In this document: positions 1 through 10,404 of the stretch, in pieces
Numbering within the stretch: position 1 is the stretch's first letter
Layout of the letters: every line of letters begins with the position of its first letter
Assembly: GCA_041659805.1 (NCBI GenBank)
Contig: JBAZXP010000001.1
Span: 512,589 to 576,588, forward strand
Reading direction: 5' to 3'
Source: Microgenomates group bacterium
GTDB lineage: Bacteria > Patescibacteriota > Microgenomatia > Daviesbacterales > UBA10151
Length of the DNA stretch: 64,000 nucleotides
The notes under the pieces: model-generated
The model's database searches: none
Told to the model about the DNA's origin: nothing
What the model saw: only the letters and a program-made list of their open reading frames with translations
Program-made: the position numbers and the translations under genes

Positions 1-1323
1 AATAATTTTTTTAAAAATAATAAGATTAGTGTTTTTAGTGCTTTATTTTTGGCTATTTCTCCCTGGCATATTTTTTATTCACGGATTGTTTCTGAGTCTC
101 AGGTTGCAATGGTTTTAGCAACACTGGGATTACTTGCGCTGATTAAATTCAAAAACGGAAACATACTTTGGGGATATATATCCGTATTCTCTATGGTTAG
201 TTCGATGTATGCTTATCATTCAGAGCGGTTATTTTTACCTTTGTTTTTTTTAATATGGGCATTCATAAATAAAAGTTGGTTAATAGTTAATAAAAAGAAA
301 GTGGCACTGATGCTTTTGATGGGAGCAATTTTAGCTTCACCACTTCTTATTGATCTTGTTTTTGGTAAAAGTACTATTCGGGCGGGTCAGCAAAGCATAT
401 ATAATGACATCAACTTTTTACGGCAGGTTTTTATTACCCCCGAACCTGTATATACTTATTTTGATCCTTTTTATATTTTATTTAATCAACAGTGGTTATA
501 TGTAATATTCTTTGTGATACGGAAATATCTTACTTTCTTTCAGCCTGATTTTTTATTTTTTAATGCTTTACCGATTCTTTCAACAGGATTATATGGTTTA
601 GGAGTTATGTATATTTTTCAGGCCCCGATTTTTTTGATAGGTTTAATTAAAGCTTTCAGTTTAAAATCGGATAATAAATATCTTCTTCCGATATGGTTTT
701 CCTTTGGTTTGTTACCTGCTGCTATAACACTGGCAGAATATCATACAGTACGCACCATGGTTGTAATTCCTGTTTTAGCTATTGTTTCTGGTGTTGGTTT
801 ATGGGTAGTTTTAAATTGGTTTATGCAAATCAGAAATAAATTTTTAAAGGTTGCAACCGGGTTGGTATTTTTTCTGGTAGTAAGTATTAATCTTTTTCAG
901 GCCTTTTTGATGTTTCATGTACATTTTCCGATTGAGCAATCTGATACTTTTATGGTTGGGAATAAAGAAGTGCTAGCTTGGATTGCAGAGAACAATAATA
1001 ATAAAGAAGAGGTAGTCTTCGATTCCAGGAGATTTTCAAACGGTCAAATTATAGTTAGTGTTCCGTATCTTTACTATTTATTTTATACAAAATATGATCC
1101 CAAGGCATTTCAAACTCTTTTCAATGATCACCCTGATAATCAGTTGAAAATAAATAATTTTACGTTCAGAGATATTGATTGGAGAACTGACCGGGGTCAG
1201 TCTGATATATTGTTTATCGGCAGCCCCTGGACTCTCCCCGAAGAAGATCTCACAGAAGCGACTATCTTAAAGAAAATATATCTACCGAACGGAAATGAGA
1301 CTTTAAGAGTGGTTGCTCCTTAA
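1..1323 (+). CDS. GT-C fold membrane glycosyltransferase (PMT/ArnT-like), 5'-truncated by the window edge
   Basis: The frame is open from base 1 (NNFFKNNKISVFSALFLAISPWH...), so the TTG at 49 is not the true start. It has LAISPWHIFYSR, many TM helices and a C-terminal soluble domain with PYLYYLFYTKYDP, as in the paralogues at 7137-11994. Confidence 0.85.
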   Translation, partial: NNFFKNNKISVFSALFLAISPWHIFYSRIVSESQVAMVLATLGLLALIKFKNGNILWGYISVFSMVSSMYAYHSERLFLPLFFLIWAFINKSWLIVNKKKVALMLLMGAILASPLLIDLVFGKSTIRAGQQSIYNDINFLRQVFITPEPVYTYFDPFYILFNQQWLYVIFFVIRKYLTFFQPDFLFFNALPILSTGLYGLGVMYIFQAPIFLIGLIKAFSLKSDNKYLLPIWFSFGLLPAAITLAEYHTVRTMVVIPVLAIVSGVGLWVVLNWFMQIRNKFLKVATGLVFFLVVSINLFQAFLMFHVHFPIEQSDTFMVGNKEVLAWIAENNNNKEEVVFDSRRFSNGQIIVSVPYLYYLFYTKYDPKAFQTLFNDHPDNQLKINNFTFRDIDWRTDRGQSDILFIGSPWTLPEEDLTEATILKKIYLPNGNETLRVVAP

Positions 1324-1326
1324 TAT

Positions 1327-1355
1327 TTTACTTACAAATACTCAACTGGTAAGAT
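1327..1355 (+). promoter_or_regulatory. Putative sigma70 promoter, likely leaderless
   Basis: TTTACT (1327-1332), a 17 bp spacer, then TAAGAT (1350-1355) with extended -10 TG at 1347-1348. The second ATG (1363) lies 7 nt downstream and there is no Shine-Dalgarno. Confidence 0.55.
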
Positions 1356-1359
1356 TAAT

Positions 1360-2259
1360 ATGATGAAAAATAAAATTTCAGTCGTTATAAATACCTTCAA
1401 TGAGGAAGAAAATATTGAAAGAGCCTTAAAGTCAGTTAAATGGGCAGATGAGACGGTTGTTTGCGATATGTTATCAGGTGATAAAACCGCAGAAATTGCC
1501 AAAAAAATGGGGGCCAAAGTAGTTTTGCACAAGCCTCAAAAGTATGTAGAATTAGTCCGTAACTTTAATATATCTCAAGCTTCAAATGATTGGGTGTTAA
1601 TTTTGGATCCTGATGAAGAAATTCCTGAAAGTTTAGCTAAAAAAATACAAGAAGTGACAGAGATGGATGGTGTGACATTCGCAGAGATCCCCCGGAAGAA
1701 TATTATTTTCGGCAAATGGATGGAAAATTCAATGTGGTGGCCTGATTATAATATCAGATTATTTAAAAAGGGTAGTGTGGTATGGAGTGAAGAGATCCAT
1801 AGACCGCCCCAAACAGAAGGTAAAGGCTTTCAGCTTGACTCAACAGAGGATTTGGCAATAATTCATCATCATTATGAGAGTATTTCACAATTTATTACCA
1901 GAATGGACCGTTATACTACCGCACAAGCTGGGGAATTGGCTAAAAGCGGTTATAAATTAAATTGGAAAGACCTAATTGAAAAACCTGTCAGTGAATTTCT
2001 AAACAGATATTTTGCAGGTCGTGGCTATGAGGATGGATTGCATGGATTGGCTTTAGGTTTGCTTCAGGCACTCTCTTTTTTGGTAATGTATCTGAAAGTA
2101 TGGGAAGAAGAAAAGTTTAAAGAGCAAAAACTACAATTTAAAGAAGTGTCTGATGAGGGTAAAAAGATTGGTAAAGAAATTAACTACTGGTTTAAATATG
2201 GTAACCTTTCTAAAAATCCTATTATACGTGCATTTCAAAAAGCTAAAAATAAATTTTAA
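1360..2259 (+). CDS. GT2 glycosyltransferase (WaaE/KdtX-like beta-1,4-glucosyltransferase subfamily)
   Basis: ISVVINTFNEE, DxD motif LDPDE, WWPDYNIRLFKK, EEIH and GYEDGLHG. The start may be ATG 1363. Confidence 0.9.
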   Translation: MMKNKISVVINTFNEEENIERALKSVKWADETVVCDMLSGDKTAEIAKKMGAKVVLHKPQKYVELVRNFNISQASNDWVLILDPDEEIPESLAKKIQEVTEMDGVTFAEIPRKNIIFGKWMENSMWWPDYNIRLFKKGSVVWSEEIHRPPQTEGKGFQLDSTEDLAIIHHHYESISQFITRMDRYTTAQAGELAKSGYKLNWKDLIEKPVSEFLNRYFAGRGYEDGLHGLALGLLQALSFLVMYLKVWEEEKFKEQKLQFKEVSDEGKKIGKEINYWFKYGNLSKNPIIRAFQKAKNKF

Positions 2260-3110
2260 TGGTAAAAGTTGCAGTTGTAATTTTAAATTTCAAAGTTAAA
2301 GAAGAAACACTGAAATGTGTGGCTTCTGTTGAAAAATCAGATTATCATGATATAGAAATTATTGTTGTAGATAATAATTCAGGAGATGATATCGAGGACA
2401 GTCTGCCTAAAAACAACAGAACAATTTTTATTCAGAGCGGAGACAATTTGGGATATACCGGCGGGAACAATTTAGGAATTAAAAGAGCGCTAGAAGATAA
2501 AGTAGATTATATTTTTGTATTGAATCCGGATACAGAGGTAACGATAACTGCTATAAGCAGTTTAGTGACTGAATCTGAAAAAGAAAAAATAGGAATAATG
2601 GGTCCTAAAATCCTTTTTGGGGATAGAAAGACGATTTGGTATGCGGGTGGGTTAATGGATTTGGCGAACGTTTTAGGCCAACATAGAGGGGTGGATGAGA
2701 TGGATGCAGGGCAATATGATAAAGTAGAGCAGACTGAATTTGTGACAGGAGGGGCAATGTTTGTAAGTAGTGAGGTTTTTGAGAAGATTGGTTTATTTGA
2801 TGAAAAATATTTTATGTATTTAGAAGATAGTGATTTTTGTTTTAGAGCCCAAAAAATGGGATATAAAATTTTATACAATCCTAAAGCGGTTGTTTATCAT
2901 GAAAATGCAAAATCAGCAGGATTAGGGTCACCTTTACAGGATTATTTTATAACCCGCAACAGAATGTATTTTGCCTCAAAGTTTTTGTCCTTCAGAACAA
3001 GATTTGCTCTCTTCAGGGAAGCTATAAGAAATATCGGAAGTCTAGTCAGAAGACTAGCTTTTTTTGATTTTTTAAGTGGTAATATGGGGAAGGGGAGTTA
3101 TATTCAATGA
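2259..3110 (+). CDS. GT2 glycosyltransferase (rhamnosyltransferase/WbbL-like subfamily)
   Basis: VVDNNSGD, NLGYTGGNNLG, LNPD, GLFDEKYFMYLEDSDFCFR and YFITRNR. TAATG overlap with the upstream gene. Confidence 0.9.
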   Translation: MVKVAVVILNFKVKEETLKCVASVEKSDYHDIEIIVVDNNSGDDIEDSLPKNNRTIFIQSGDNLGYTGGNNLGIKRALEDKVDYIFVLNPDTEVTITAISSLVTESEKEKIGIMGPKILFGDRKTIWYAGGLMDLANVLGQHRGVDEMDAGQYDKVEQTEFVTGGAMFVSSEVFEKIGLFDEKYFMYLEDSDFCFRAQKMGYKILYNPKAVVYHENAKSAGLGSPLQDYFITRNRMYFASKFLSFRTRFALFREAIRNIGSLVRRLAFFDFLSGNMGKGSYIQ

Positions 3111-3910
3111 TCTCAATAATTATACTAACAAAAAATGAAGAGAGTATGATTCACGCCTGTTTGGAATCTGTTAAATGGGCTGACGAGGTAATTGTTATAG
3201 ATTCAAACAGTCAGGACAAAACAGCGGAAATTGCAAAAAATTTCGGAGCAAAGGTTTTTGCCCGTGAGTTTGATAATTATGTTAATCAAAAAGGATTTGC
3301 GATGACAAAAGCATCCGGGGATTGGATTTTATATGTTGATGCTGATGAGAGGGTTTTGGAACCTCTAAGACAGGAGGTTTTGGGTTTGATTGCCAAAGAT
3401 CAGATTTCTGCCTATGCTCTTTCCAGAAGGAATATTATTTTCGGAAAAGAGGAAAAGTATGGCCCGTTCTGGCCTGATTGGGTGATAAGGTTGGTAAAAA
3501 AAGATGACTTTGTTAAATGGGTGGGGGAAGTGCATGAGCATATGGAATTTGAAGGAAAATTAGGTTATACAAAAAATTCTTTACTTCATTTAACTCATAG
3601 AAATGTGGAGCAGGTAATTTTAAAAAATTTACAATGGTCAAAAATTGATGCTAAATTAAGAATGGACGCTCATCACCCCAAGATGTCCAGATGGAGATTT
3701 TTACGGATATTATGTTCAGAGCTATTTAATCAGGGAATTATAAGACGCGGATTTTTTAACGGGTCTGTCGGAACAATTGATGCCCTGTTGCAAACATTCA
3801 GTATGTTAACAACATATATCAGACTTTGGGAGATGCAGCAAAGAAAGCCTTTGGATGAAATATATAAAGATTTAGATACTCAGTTAATTAAGGAAAATTT
3901 TAATTTCTAA
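3107..3910 (+). CDS. GT2 glycosyltransferase (WaaE-like)
   Basis: ISIIILTKNEE, VDADER, WPDWVIRL and GEVHE. ATGA overlap. Confidence 0.9.
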   Translation: MISIIILTKNEESMIHACLESVKWADEVIVIDSNSQDKTAEIAKNFGAKVFAREFDNYVNQKGFAMTKASGDWILYVDADERVLEPLRQEVLGLIAKDQISAYALSRRNIIFGKEEKYGPFWPDWVIRLVKKDDFVKWVGEVHEHMEFEGKLGYTKNSLLHLTHRNVEQVILKNLQWSKIDAKLRMDAHHPKMSRWRFLRILCSELFNQGIIRRGFFNGSVGTIDALLQTFSMLTTYIRLWEMQQRKPLDEIYKDLDTQLIKENFNF

Positions 3911-4978
3911 ATGAGAGTCGGAATTTACACTCCATATCTGGACAGTTTTGGCGGTGGGGAGCGGTATATGTTAACTATCGCTGAAATTTTATCATCAAAT
4001 AACCGGGTTGATCTGTTGCTTGACCGGCATCTGCAAGTTTTGATTACCGAAGAAGTTAAAAAAAATCTTGGTGAAAGATTCAACTTAGATCTTTCTAAAG
4101 TAAATTTAATTGAAGCTCCTATAGGAGCTAATTCAGGATTTTGGAGAAAATTATTTTTTTTAAGAAAATACGATCTGCTGTTTTATTTAACAGATGGAAG
4201 TATTTTTTATTCAACCGCTAAAAAAAATATTTTACACTTTCAGGTTCCCTTTAAAAATACTGTAACCAATTCTTTTTGGGGAAGGATAAAACTTTTAAGC
4301 TGGAATCTGGCGATTTGTAATTCGAAGTTCACACAAAGCATTATCGAAAAAGAATGGCCGATTAAATCTCAGGTTCTTTATCCTCCGGTTGAAGTAGAAG
4401 TAATTGAACCGTTAGCTAAGAAAAAACAGATATTATCCGTTGGCAGGTTTGCCAGTTTTTCTAAATCAAAAAAGCACGAGGAGATGATAAAGGCTTTCGG
4501 AGATTTATTCCATTCCGGAAAAATTGATGGATGGGGTTTGCATTTGGCAGGATCGATCGAAGGAAGTGAAGACTATATCGCGGAACTAAAGAATTTGGCA
4601 GAAGGGTTGCCGGTAACCTTTTATCCCAACATTCCATTTAAAGATTTAAAGCGATTATTCGGTGAATCCAGTATTTATTGGCATGCAGCAGGGTATGGTG
4701 AAGAAGATCCTACCCAAATGGAACATTTTGGTATAGCGACAGTAGAAGCGATGGCCGGAGGATGCGTTCCGATAGTTATAAATCAAGGAGGACAAACAGA
4801 AATTGTTGAAAATGAAACTTCCGGATATCTCTGGAATCAAGTCAATGAATTAAAAGTTCTTACTGTTAAAGTAATTATGGACCATTCTTTATGGCAAAAA
4901 TTATCCGCTAATGCCATAAAAAGAAGTAAAAACTTTTCTAAAAAGACTTTTGAAGAAGACATTCTAAAAATCGTTTAA
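3911..4978 (+). CDS. GT4 glycosyltransferase
   Basis: GGGERY at the N-terminus, ICNSKFT, LYPPV, SVGRF and EHFGIATVEAMAGG (EX7E motif). Confidence 0.92.
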   Translation: MRVGIYTPYLDSFGGGERYMLTIAEILSSNNRVDLLLDRHLQVLITEEVKKNLGERFNLDLSKVNLIEAPIGANSGFWRKLFFLRKYDLLFYLTDGSIFYSTAKKNILHFQVPFKNTVTNSFWGRIKLLSWNLAICNSKFTQSIIEKEWPIKSQVLYPPVEVEVIEPLAKKKQILSVGRFASFSKSKKHEEMIKAFGDLFHSGKIDGWGLHLAGSIEGSEDYIAELKNLAEGLPVTFYPNIPFKDLKRLFGESSIYWHAAGYGEEDPTQMEHFGIATVEAMAGGCVPIVINQGGQTEIVENETSGYLWNQVNELKVLTVKVIMDHSLWQKLSANAIKRSKNFSKKTFEEDILKIV

Positions 4979-4983
4979 ATCAT

Positions 4984-7140
4984 ATGAATAAGACGAGTAT
5001 TATTATTGTGACATTTAACAGTGCCAGAACAATCAAGGCTTGCTTGAATTCTGTTATTAGGTATTCTTCGGAAGCAGAAATTATTGTAGTTGATAACAAT
5101 TCAGAGGATCAGACTATAGATATAGTTAAAGCATTCGGAAATAAGGTAAAGTTAGCTAATTCTGGGGGGAATTTAGGGTTTGCTAAAGCAAACAATCTAG
5201 GGGTAAAGTCTGCCGGTGGAGATTATTTAATTTTTTTGAATCCTGATACAAAGATACTTGAAAAGGGTAGTTTGGAAAAATTAAAGATAAGTATGGAATT
5301 AAATCCTGAATATGGAATTATCGGACCAAAATTAATATATCCGGATGGGACGCCTCAAGACCGAGTACGTAATTTACCTACAATAGCTCGAGCATTTAAC
5401 GAGTATTTTTTAAACAAAAAGGGTGAGTATGACTTTTATTCCCCTGATTGTAAATCACTTTGTGAGGTAGAAAGCATTATCGGTGCCTGTATTATTATTA
5501 GGAAAGAATTATTTAAAAAAATCGGAGGATTTGATGAAAAATATTTTATGTATTATGAAGATTTGGAATTATGCAGAAGGGTAAGAGAACTGGGCTTTAA
5601 GGTAGGGTTTTTACCTGAAATTACCATTGAACATGCTGAAGGAAAATCAGGAATAAATCAAAAAACTTCTCAAATGTTGAATGAATCTGCCCAAAAATAT
5701 CATAGTTTAGTGGAATATTTTTTAATTCAATTGATATTGCGGTTAAGTAACGGAAAAAGAAAGTTGTTTTGGGCTTTGATTATTTTTCTCGGAGCAGCAT
5801 TTTTCAGAATATTTTTCTTTGATCTAATTGAATTTAAAGCAGATGAAGCAATAACGACTTTTCAAACGGTAGAGTTTTATTTAAATCCATATTTAATTCA
5901 AAGAGGTTTAATATCAGGAATCGGAGTTTATAATTTTCCACTTTTTAGTTATTTGATTATTATATTGGCAATTTTCTCTCGTGATCCACAATATATTAGT
6001 TTTCTCATTGCTTTAATTAATACGATGCTAGTTCCTGTTTTCTATATTGTTATAAGGAAATATTATGATCAGTTAACTGCAATTTTTGCCGGCTTTTTAT
6101 TGGCTTTTTCACCCTGGGCAATAATATTTTCCCGTAAAATTTGGGCTCAGGACCTAATTTTATTATTAGCCTTGCCTTTTTTTGCTTTAATTCACGGGCT
6201 GATTATTGATAAAAAGACAAAATTTACCTTGCCGATATTTACTCTTTTAGTTTTATTAAGTCAATTACACGCCTCAGGTTTTTTTCTATCAGCGGCCACT
6301 GTTTTGATTCTTATTATTCTAAGGGTAAAGATTAATTTTAAACAAGCTCTAATGGGAATCTGTATTGGAGCTATTACAACAATACCTTATATAGCTTTTC
6401 AATTATCAGCTATACCTATTTGTCCAGATTGTGATAACTTTTTTAGATATCAAAATTTGCCCCGGCCATTTGATTTATATAATTTAATCCGTCCGTTTCA
6501 GCTAATGAACGGTCAGGGGTATCATTTTGTCTTAGGGAATAGTTTTGATGGTTTCTTGTCTTCTTTCCCTCTTCTGAATATATTGAAATATTTCTTTTTA
6601 TCAAGTTTTGTTATTCCGTTTATCGGTGCATTTTTTATTATTTCCAAAAGACGTGAATATCTTTTCCTTGTTTTGTATTTAACTATCATTCCGATACTTT
6701 ATTTTATTACTAGAACAAATCCTTATATGCATTATTTCGTAATTTTAATTCCTATGGTTGCAACTTTGTATGCGTTCTCGTTTAGTAGTATATATAATTT
6801 TATGAAGAGTAATTTATTAAAAACACTTACATATATAGTTTTTATATTTTTTATTAGTGCCAATATTATTTTTGTTTTTTCTTTTAATCAATATTTGTCT
6901 TCTGCAAAAATAATCAACGGTGATTATGGACCTATTTTTTCTTTATCAAATCAAGTTATTAAAAACGAGCTGAAAGATTATAGGAGTGTTAGTTATTATA
7001 ACGAACTCGAAAGTTTCGCTTACATATTCTTAGGGAAAAAAGATTTTCATTTAAAATTAGCAGAATTTTTTAAATTAAAAGGTAATGAGGTATTTGCTGA
7101 TATAGAACTTAGGAAGAATCAACAGACTGTAAGCAAATGA
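4984..7140 (+). CDS. GT2 - GT-C fusion glycosyltransferase
   Basis: About 250 N-terminal residues form a GT2 (VVDNNSED, NLGFAKANN, LNPD, FDEKYFMYYEDLE). A polytopic GT-C follows, with the first-loop acidic motif FKADEA and LAFSPWAIIFSRKIW. The frame is uninterrupted. Confidence 0.85.
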   Translation: MNKTSIIIVTFNSARTIKACLNSVIRYSSEAEIIVVDNNSEDQTIDIVKAFGNKVKLANSGGNLGFAKANNLGVKSAGGDYLIFLNPDTKILEKGSLEKLKISMELNPEYGIIGPKLIYPDGTPQDRVRNLPTIARAFNEYFLNKKGEYDFYSPDCKSLCEVESIIGACIIIRKELFKKIGGFDEKYFMYYEDLELCRRVRELGFKVGFLPEITIEHAEGKSGINQKTSQMLNESAQKYHSLVEYFLIQLILRLSNGKRKLFWALIIFLGAAFFRIFFFDLIEFKADEAITTFQTVEFYLNPYLIQRGLISGIGVYNFPLFSYLIIILAIFSRDPQYISFLIALINTMLVPVFYIVIRKYYDQLTAIFAGFLLAFSPWAIIFSRKIWAQDLILLLALPFFALIHGLIIDKKTKFTLPIFTLLVLLSQLHASGFFLSAATVLILIILRVKINFKQALMGICIGAITTIPYIAFQLSAIPICPDCDNFFRYQNLPRPFDLYNLIRPFQLMNGQGYHFVLGNSFDGFLSSFPLLNILKYFFLSSFVIPFIGAFFIISKRREYLFLVLYLTIIPILYFITRTNPYMHYFVILIPMVATLYAFSFSSIYNFMKSNLLKTLTYIVFIFFISANIIFVFSFNQYLSSAKIINGDYGPIFSLSNQVIKNELKDYRSVSYYNELESFAYIFLGKKDFHLKLAEFFKLKGNEVFADIELRKNQQTVSK

Positions 7141-8750
7141 AGACAAAAATATTTTTTTTAGGAATATTATTAATAGCCTTTTTTCTAAGGTTTATTAATC
7201 TTGACAATGTCCCCCCAAGCTTAAATTGGGATGAGGTGTCAATTGGCTATAATGCTTACTCAATTTTAAAAACAGGTACTGATGAATGGGGAAAATTTAT
7301 GCCATTAAATTTCCGGGCCTTCGGTGATTATAAATTACCATTATATATTTATGCAGACATTCCTTTTATCGCTTTATTTGGGTTGAATGCGGTTGGCGTG
7401 CGTTTATTATCAGTACTTTCCGGATTAGGAGTAGTCATTCTTAGCTATCTTATTCTAAAAAACTTAACTAAAAATAACACCATAGCACTTATCGGGATGT
7501 TTACGGCAGCAACATTGCCATGGTTAATAATTTTATCAAGAATAGGGCTAGAAGCAAATTTTGCATTATTTTTAGTAACCCTGTTTGTTTATCTTTTTTT
7601 AAGAGGAGTTGAGGAAAAACGATTTCTTGTGTGGTCCGGTATACCCCTTGGTCTGTCTCTTTTTACTTATAATAGCAGCCGCGTTACCACCCCTTTTCTT
7701 ATTTTTGCTGCTGTAATACTTTTTTGGAATAAGCTAAAGAGTCATAAGAGGGAAAGCATTCTAGCTGCAGTAGTTTTAATTTTTTTTGTTTCTGTAGTTA
7801 TTCCTTTGGCTTTATTTTCAGATTCCAGTGCGCGTTTTCAGTGGACGACCATACTTGATGAGGGAGCAATTTTATCTATTAATCAAGAAAGAGGTTTATC
7901 CTCTTTGCCTGCTGCATTTAAGCCTCTTGTTTATAACAAAGTGACTTATTTTATAGTCACATCTGCGCAAAATTATCTTTCGTATTATAATCCTGATTTT
8001 TTATTTATAAACGGAGGATCGAATTTTCAATTTTCAGTTCCGGGAACAGGGCTTTTGTTTTGGGCTTTAATTCCGTTTTTTCTTATCGGGATTTTTTATG
8101 TTCTTTCAAAAAGAAAAGACTGTCAATTGTTTATTCTGGCTTGGTTGTTTATTGCGCCAATCCCGGGTTCAATTACCAGAGATGCACCACATGCTTTACG
8201 TAGTTTATTTATTATTCCACCAATTATTATCATCAGCTCCTTAGGAATCGTTTTTTTAGGCAATAAACTTAAGCAAACATTATTTAAGATAGTTATTCTA
8301 ATTTTTCTTTTGTTGATGGTCTTTCAAACCTATCTTTTTTGGGTTAATTATAATGGCAGTTATAGACAGGAGTTTTCCTGGTCCTGGCAGTATGGTTATA
8401 AACAGGCGATGGAATATATTCAGGTCAATTATTCAAATTATTCCAAGATTGTAATTACAAAATCATACGGAGAACCGCATGAATTTCTGCTCTTTTACCT
8501 TAAATATGATTCTTATAAATATCAGCACGATCTGAGTTTGGTCCGTTATGAAAGGAGTCAGTGGTTTTGGGTTGATAGATTTGATAAGTTTGAATTCATA
8601 AATGATTGGGAAATAAAAGATAGAATGAAGAATGCTCATAATACACTTCTGGTAACAAGTCCCGGTAATTATCCTCCCGGAAGCGCGATTGTGCAGACAA
8701 TTGATTTTTTGGATGGGAAAAGGGCTTTTGATATAGTGGATATAGAGTAG
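7137..8750 (+). CDS. GT-C membrane glycosyltransferase (PMT/ArnT-like)
   Basis: PPSLNWDEVSIGYNAYSILKTGTDEWG, FGDYKLP, about 11 TM segments and a C-terminal domain with WQYGY. Confidence 0.88.
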   Translation: MKTKIFFLGILLIAFFLRFINLDNVPPSLNWDEVSIGYNAYSILKTGTDEWGKFMPLNFRAFGDYKLPLYIYADIPFIALFGLNAVGVRLLSVLSGLGVVILSYLILKNLTKNNTIALIGMFTAATLPWLIILSRIGLEANFALFLVTLFVYLFLRGVEEKRFLVWSGIPLGLSLFTYNSSRVTTPFLIFAAVILFWNKLKSHKRESILAAVVLIFFVSVVIPLALFSDSSARFQWTTILDEGAILSINQERGLSSLPAAFKPLVYNKVTYFIVTSAQNYLSYYNPDFLFINGGSNFQFSVPGTGLLFWALIPFFLIGIFYVLSKRKDCQLFILAWLFIAPIPGSITRDAPHALRSLFIIPPIIIISSLGIVFLGNKLKQTLFKIVILIFLLLMVFQTYLFWVNYNGSYRQEFSWSWQYGYKQAMEYIQVNYSNYSKIVITKSYGEPHEFLLFYLKYDSYKYQHDLSLVRYERSQWFWVDRFDKFEFINDWEIKDRMKNAHNTLLVTSPGNYPPGSAIVQTIDFLDGKRAFDIVDIE

Positions 8751-8760
8751 AAAATTTAGG

Positions 8761-8766
8761 TATAAT
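8761..8766 (+). promoter_or_regulatory. Consensus -10 hexamer before a probable leaderless start
   Basis: TATAAT in a 22 bp intergenic gap, 6 nt upstream of ATG 8773, with no SD. Confidence 0.55.
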
Positions 8767-8772
8767 ATTAGT

Positions 8773-10401
8773 ATGAGGATAAAAACTCCCTCCATTTATG
8801 TATTCATAATTTCAGTAATTTTTCTTCTGGGACTTTTGTTAAGGGTTGTTTCTCTTCAAAATTTTCCACCGGGCTTTAATGCAGATGAGGCAGCTTTAGG
8901 CTACAACGCTTATTCAATCATACAAACAGGTAAAGATGAATGGGGGCAAACTCTTCCTCTGGTATTTAAATCATTTTCAGACTACAAGCCTGGCTTATAC
9001 GTCTATTTGGATATACCTTTTGTTTATTTGTTCGGTTTAAATGAGCTAGCAGTTAGATTGCCCTCAATTATTTTAGGTTCGTTTTCAATTATACTTATTT
9101 ATCTTCTCTCGAAGCTTCTATTCAAAAAAGAGGTAGTTGCTTTGTCCACTGCATTTTTATTGGCGATTTCACCTTGGCATCTGCATTTTTCAAGAGGAGC
9201 TTGGGAAGCCAATGTGGCTACCTTTTTTATGCTCCTGGGAGTTTTTTCATTTTTAAAGTCTTTTACCAACCGCCGTTTCCTGTGGGTATCCGCGCTAGCT
9301 TTTATAGCCTCTATGTATGTATATCAAAGCACAAGGTTGGTGACGCCTGCATTACTGCTTTTGATAGGATTATTTCACTGGAAAAGATTGTTGATCAAAA
9401 AAAATATCTTAATAATTACTGCATCGTTTATTCTACTACTTCCTTTAATCCTCATTTTGCCTACTACAGCAGGTTTAGCCAGATTAAAAGGAGTTTCTAT
9501 TTTTTCCGATCCCGGTCCTATAAATCGGGCAAATGAAGAAAGAGGACAGCATCAAGATCCTGATTCGATTTCAGCTAAATTCTTTCACAATTATTTCTTT
9601 ACTTATTCAAAAAGCTATTTTAAACATTACACTGATCATATGAGTCCTGACTTTCTATTCATTTCAGGAGGTTCATTAAAGAGGAATGAAGAGCCTAATA
9701 TGGGACAGATGTATAGGTTTGAAATTATTACACTTCTTCTGGGTCTATATTTCCTTTTCCGGAATAAATTTAAAGATTCGGAAATAATAATTTTATGGTT
9801 TATTGTAGCTCCTATTGCTTCGTCGCTTACTTTCCAAACACCGGATGCTCACAGATCTCATAATATGGTTATTCCGTTAATCTTAGTTTCTGGTTCAGGC
9901 CTGGGGTTTTTAATTGAGAAAATTTGGCAAATAAAAAAGATTTTCAGGAGTATTTTCTTAATTTTACTTTTTTTTATAATAAGTTTTTTTGTTGTAGACT
10001 ATATGGATAATTATTATGTGCATCTTCCTAAAGAATATGCATTGGAATGGGAATATGGTTTTTCTCAAATGGTACCTTATGTTTTAGAAAATCAGAATAA
10101 ATATCAAAAAATAGTTATTACAGACCGGTATGATCAACCTTATATATTGTTATTATTTTATTCCAAATATGATCCGACAAAATATCAAAGAATGATTAAA
10201 AAAGAGGGTGATAATAAATTCGGATTTACAACTGTTACAAATTTTGATAAATACGAATTTAGGCCGGTTTCACAAGAAGAGGTATTAAATGATCGTAATA
10301 CACTTTTTGTCGGGACTGGAGAGGAGATTAAACAAGGCAATGTTTTGAAAACAATTAATTTCCCTAACGGTTCACCCGCCTTTAAAATAACCGGTATTTA
10401 A
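8773..10401 (+). CDS. GT-C membrane glycosyltransferase (PMT/ArnT-like)
   Basis: PPGFNADEAALGYNAYSIIQTGKDEWG, FSDYKPG, LAISPWHLHFSRGAWEAN, WEYG and QPYILLLFYSKYDP. Confidence 0.88.
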   Translation: MRIKTPSIYVFIISVIFLLGLLLRVVSLQNFPPGFNADEAALGYNAYSIIQTGKDEWGQTLPLVFKSFSDYKPGLYVYLDIPFVYLFGLNELAVRLPSIILGSFSIILIYLLSKLLFKKEVVALSTAFLLAISPWHLHFSRGAWEANVATFFMLLGVFSFLKSFTNRRFLWVSALAFIASMYVYQSTRLVTPALLLLIGLFHWKRLLIKKNILIITASFILLLPLILILPTTAGLARLKGVSIFSDPGPINRANEERGQHQDPDSISAKFFHNYFFTYSKSYFKHYTDHMSPDFLFISGGSLKRNEEPNMGQMYRFEIITLLLGLYFLFRNKFKDSEIIILWFIVAPIASSLTFQTPDAHRSHNMVIPLILVSGSGLGFLIEKIWQIKKIFRSIFLILLFFIISFFVVDYMDNYYVHLPKEYALEWEYGFSQMVPYVLENQNKYQKIVITDRYDQPYILLLFYSKYDPTKYQRMIKKEGDNKFGFTTVTNFDKYEFRPVSQEEVLNDRNTLFVGTGEEIKQGNVLKTINFPNGSPAFKITGI

Positions 10402-10404
10402 AAG

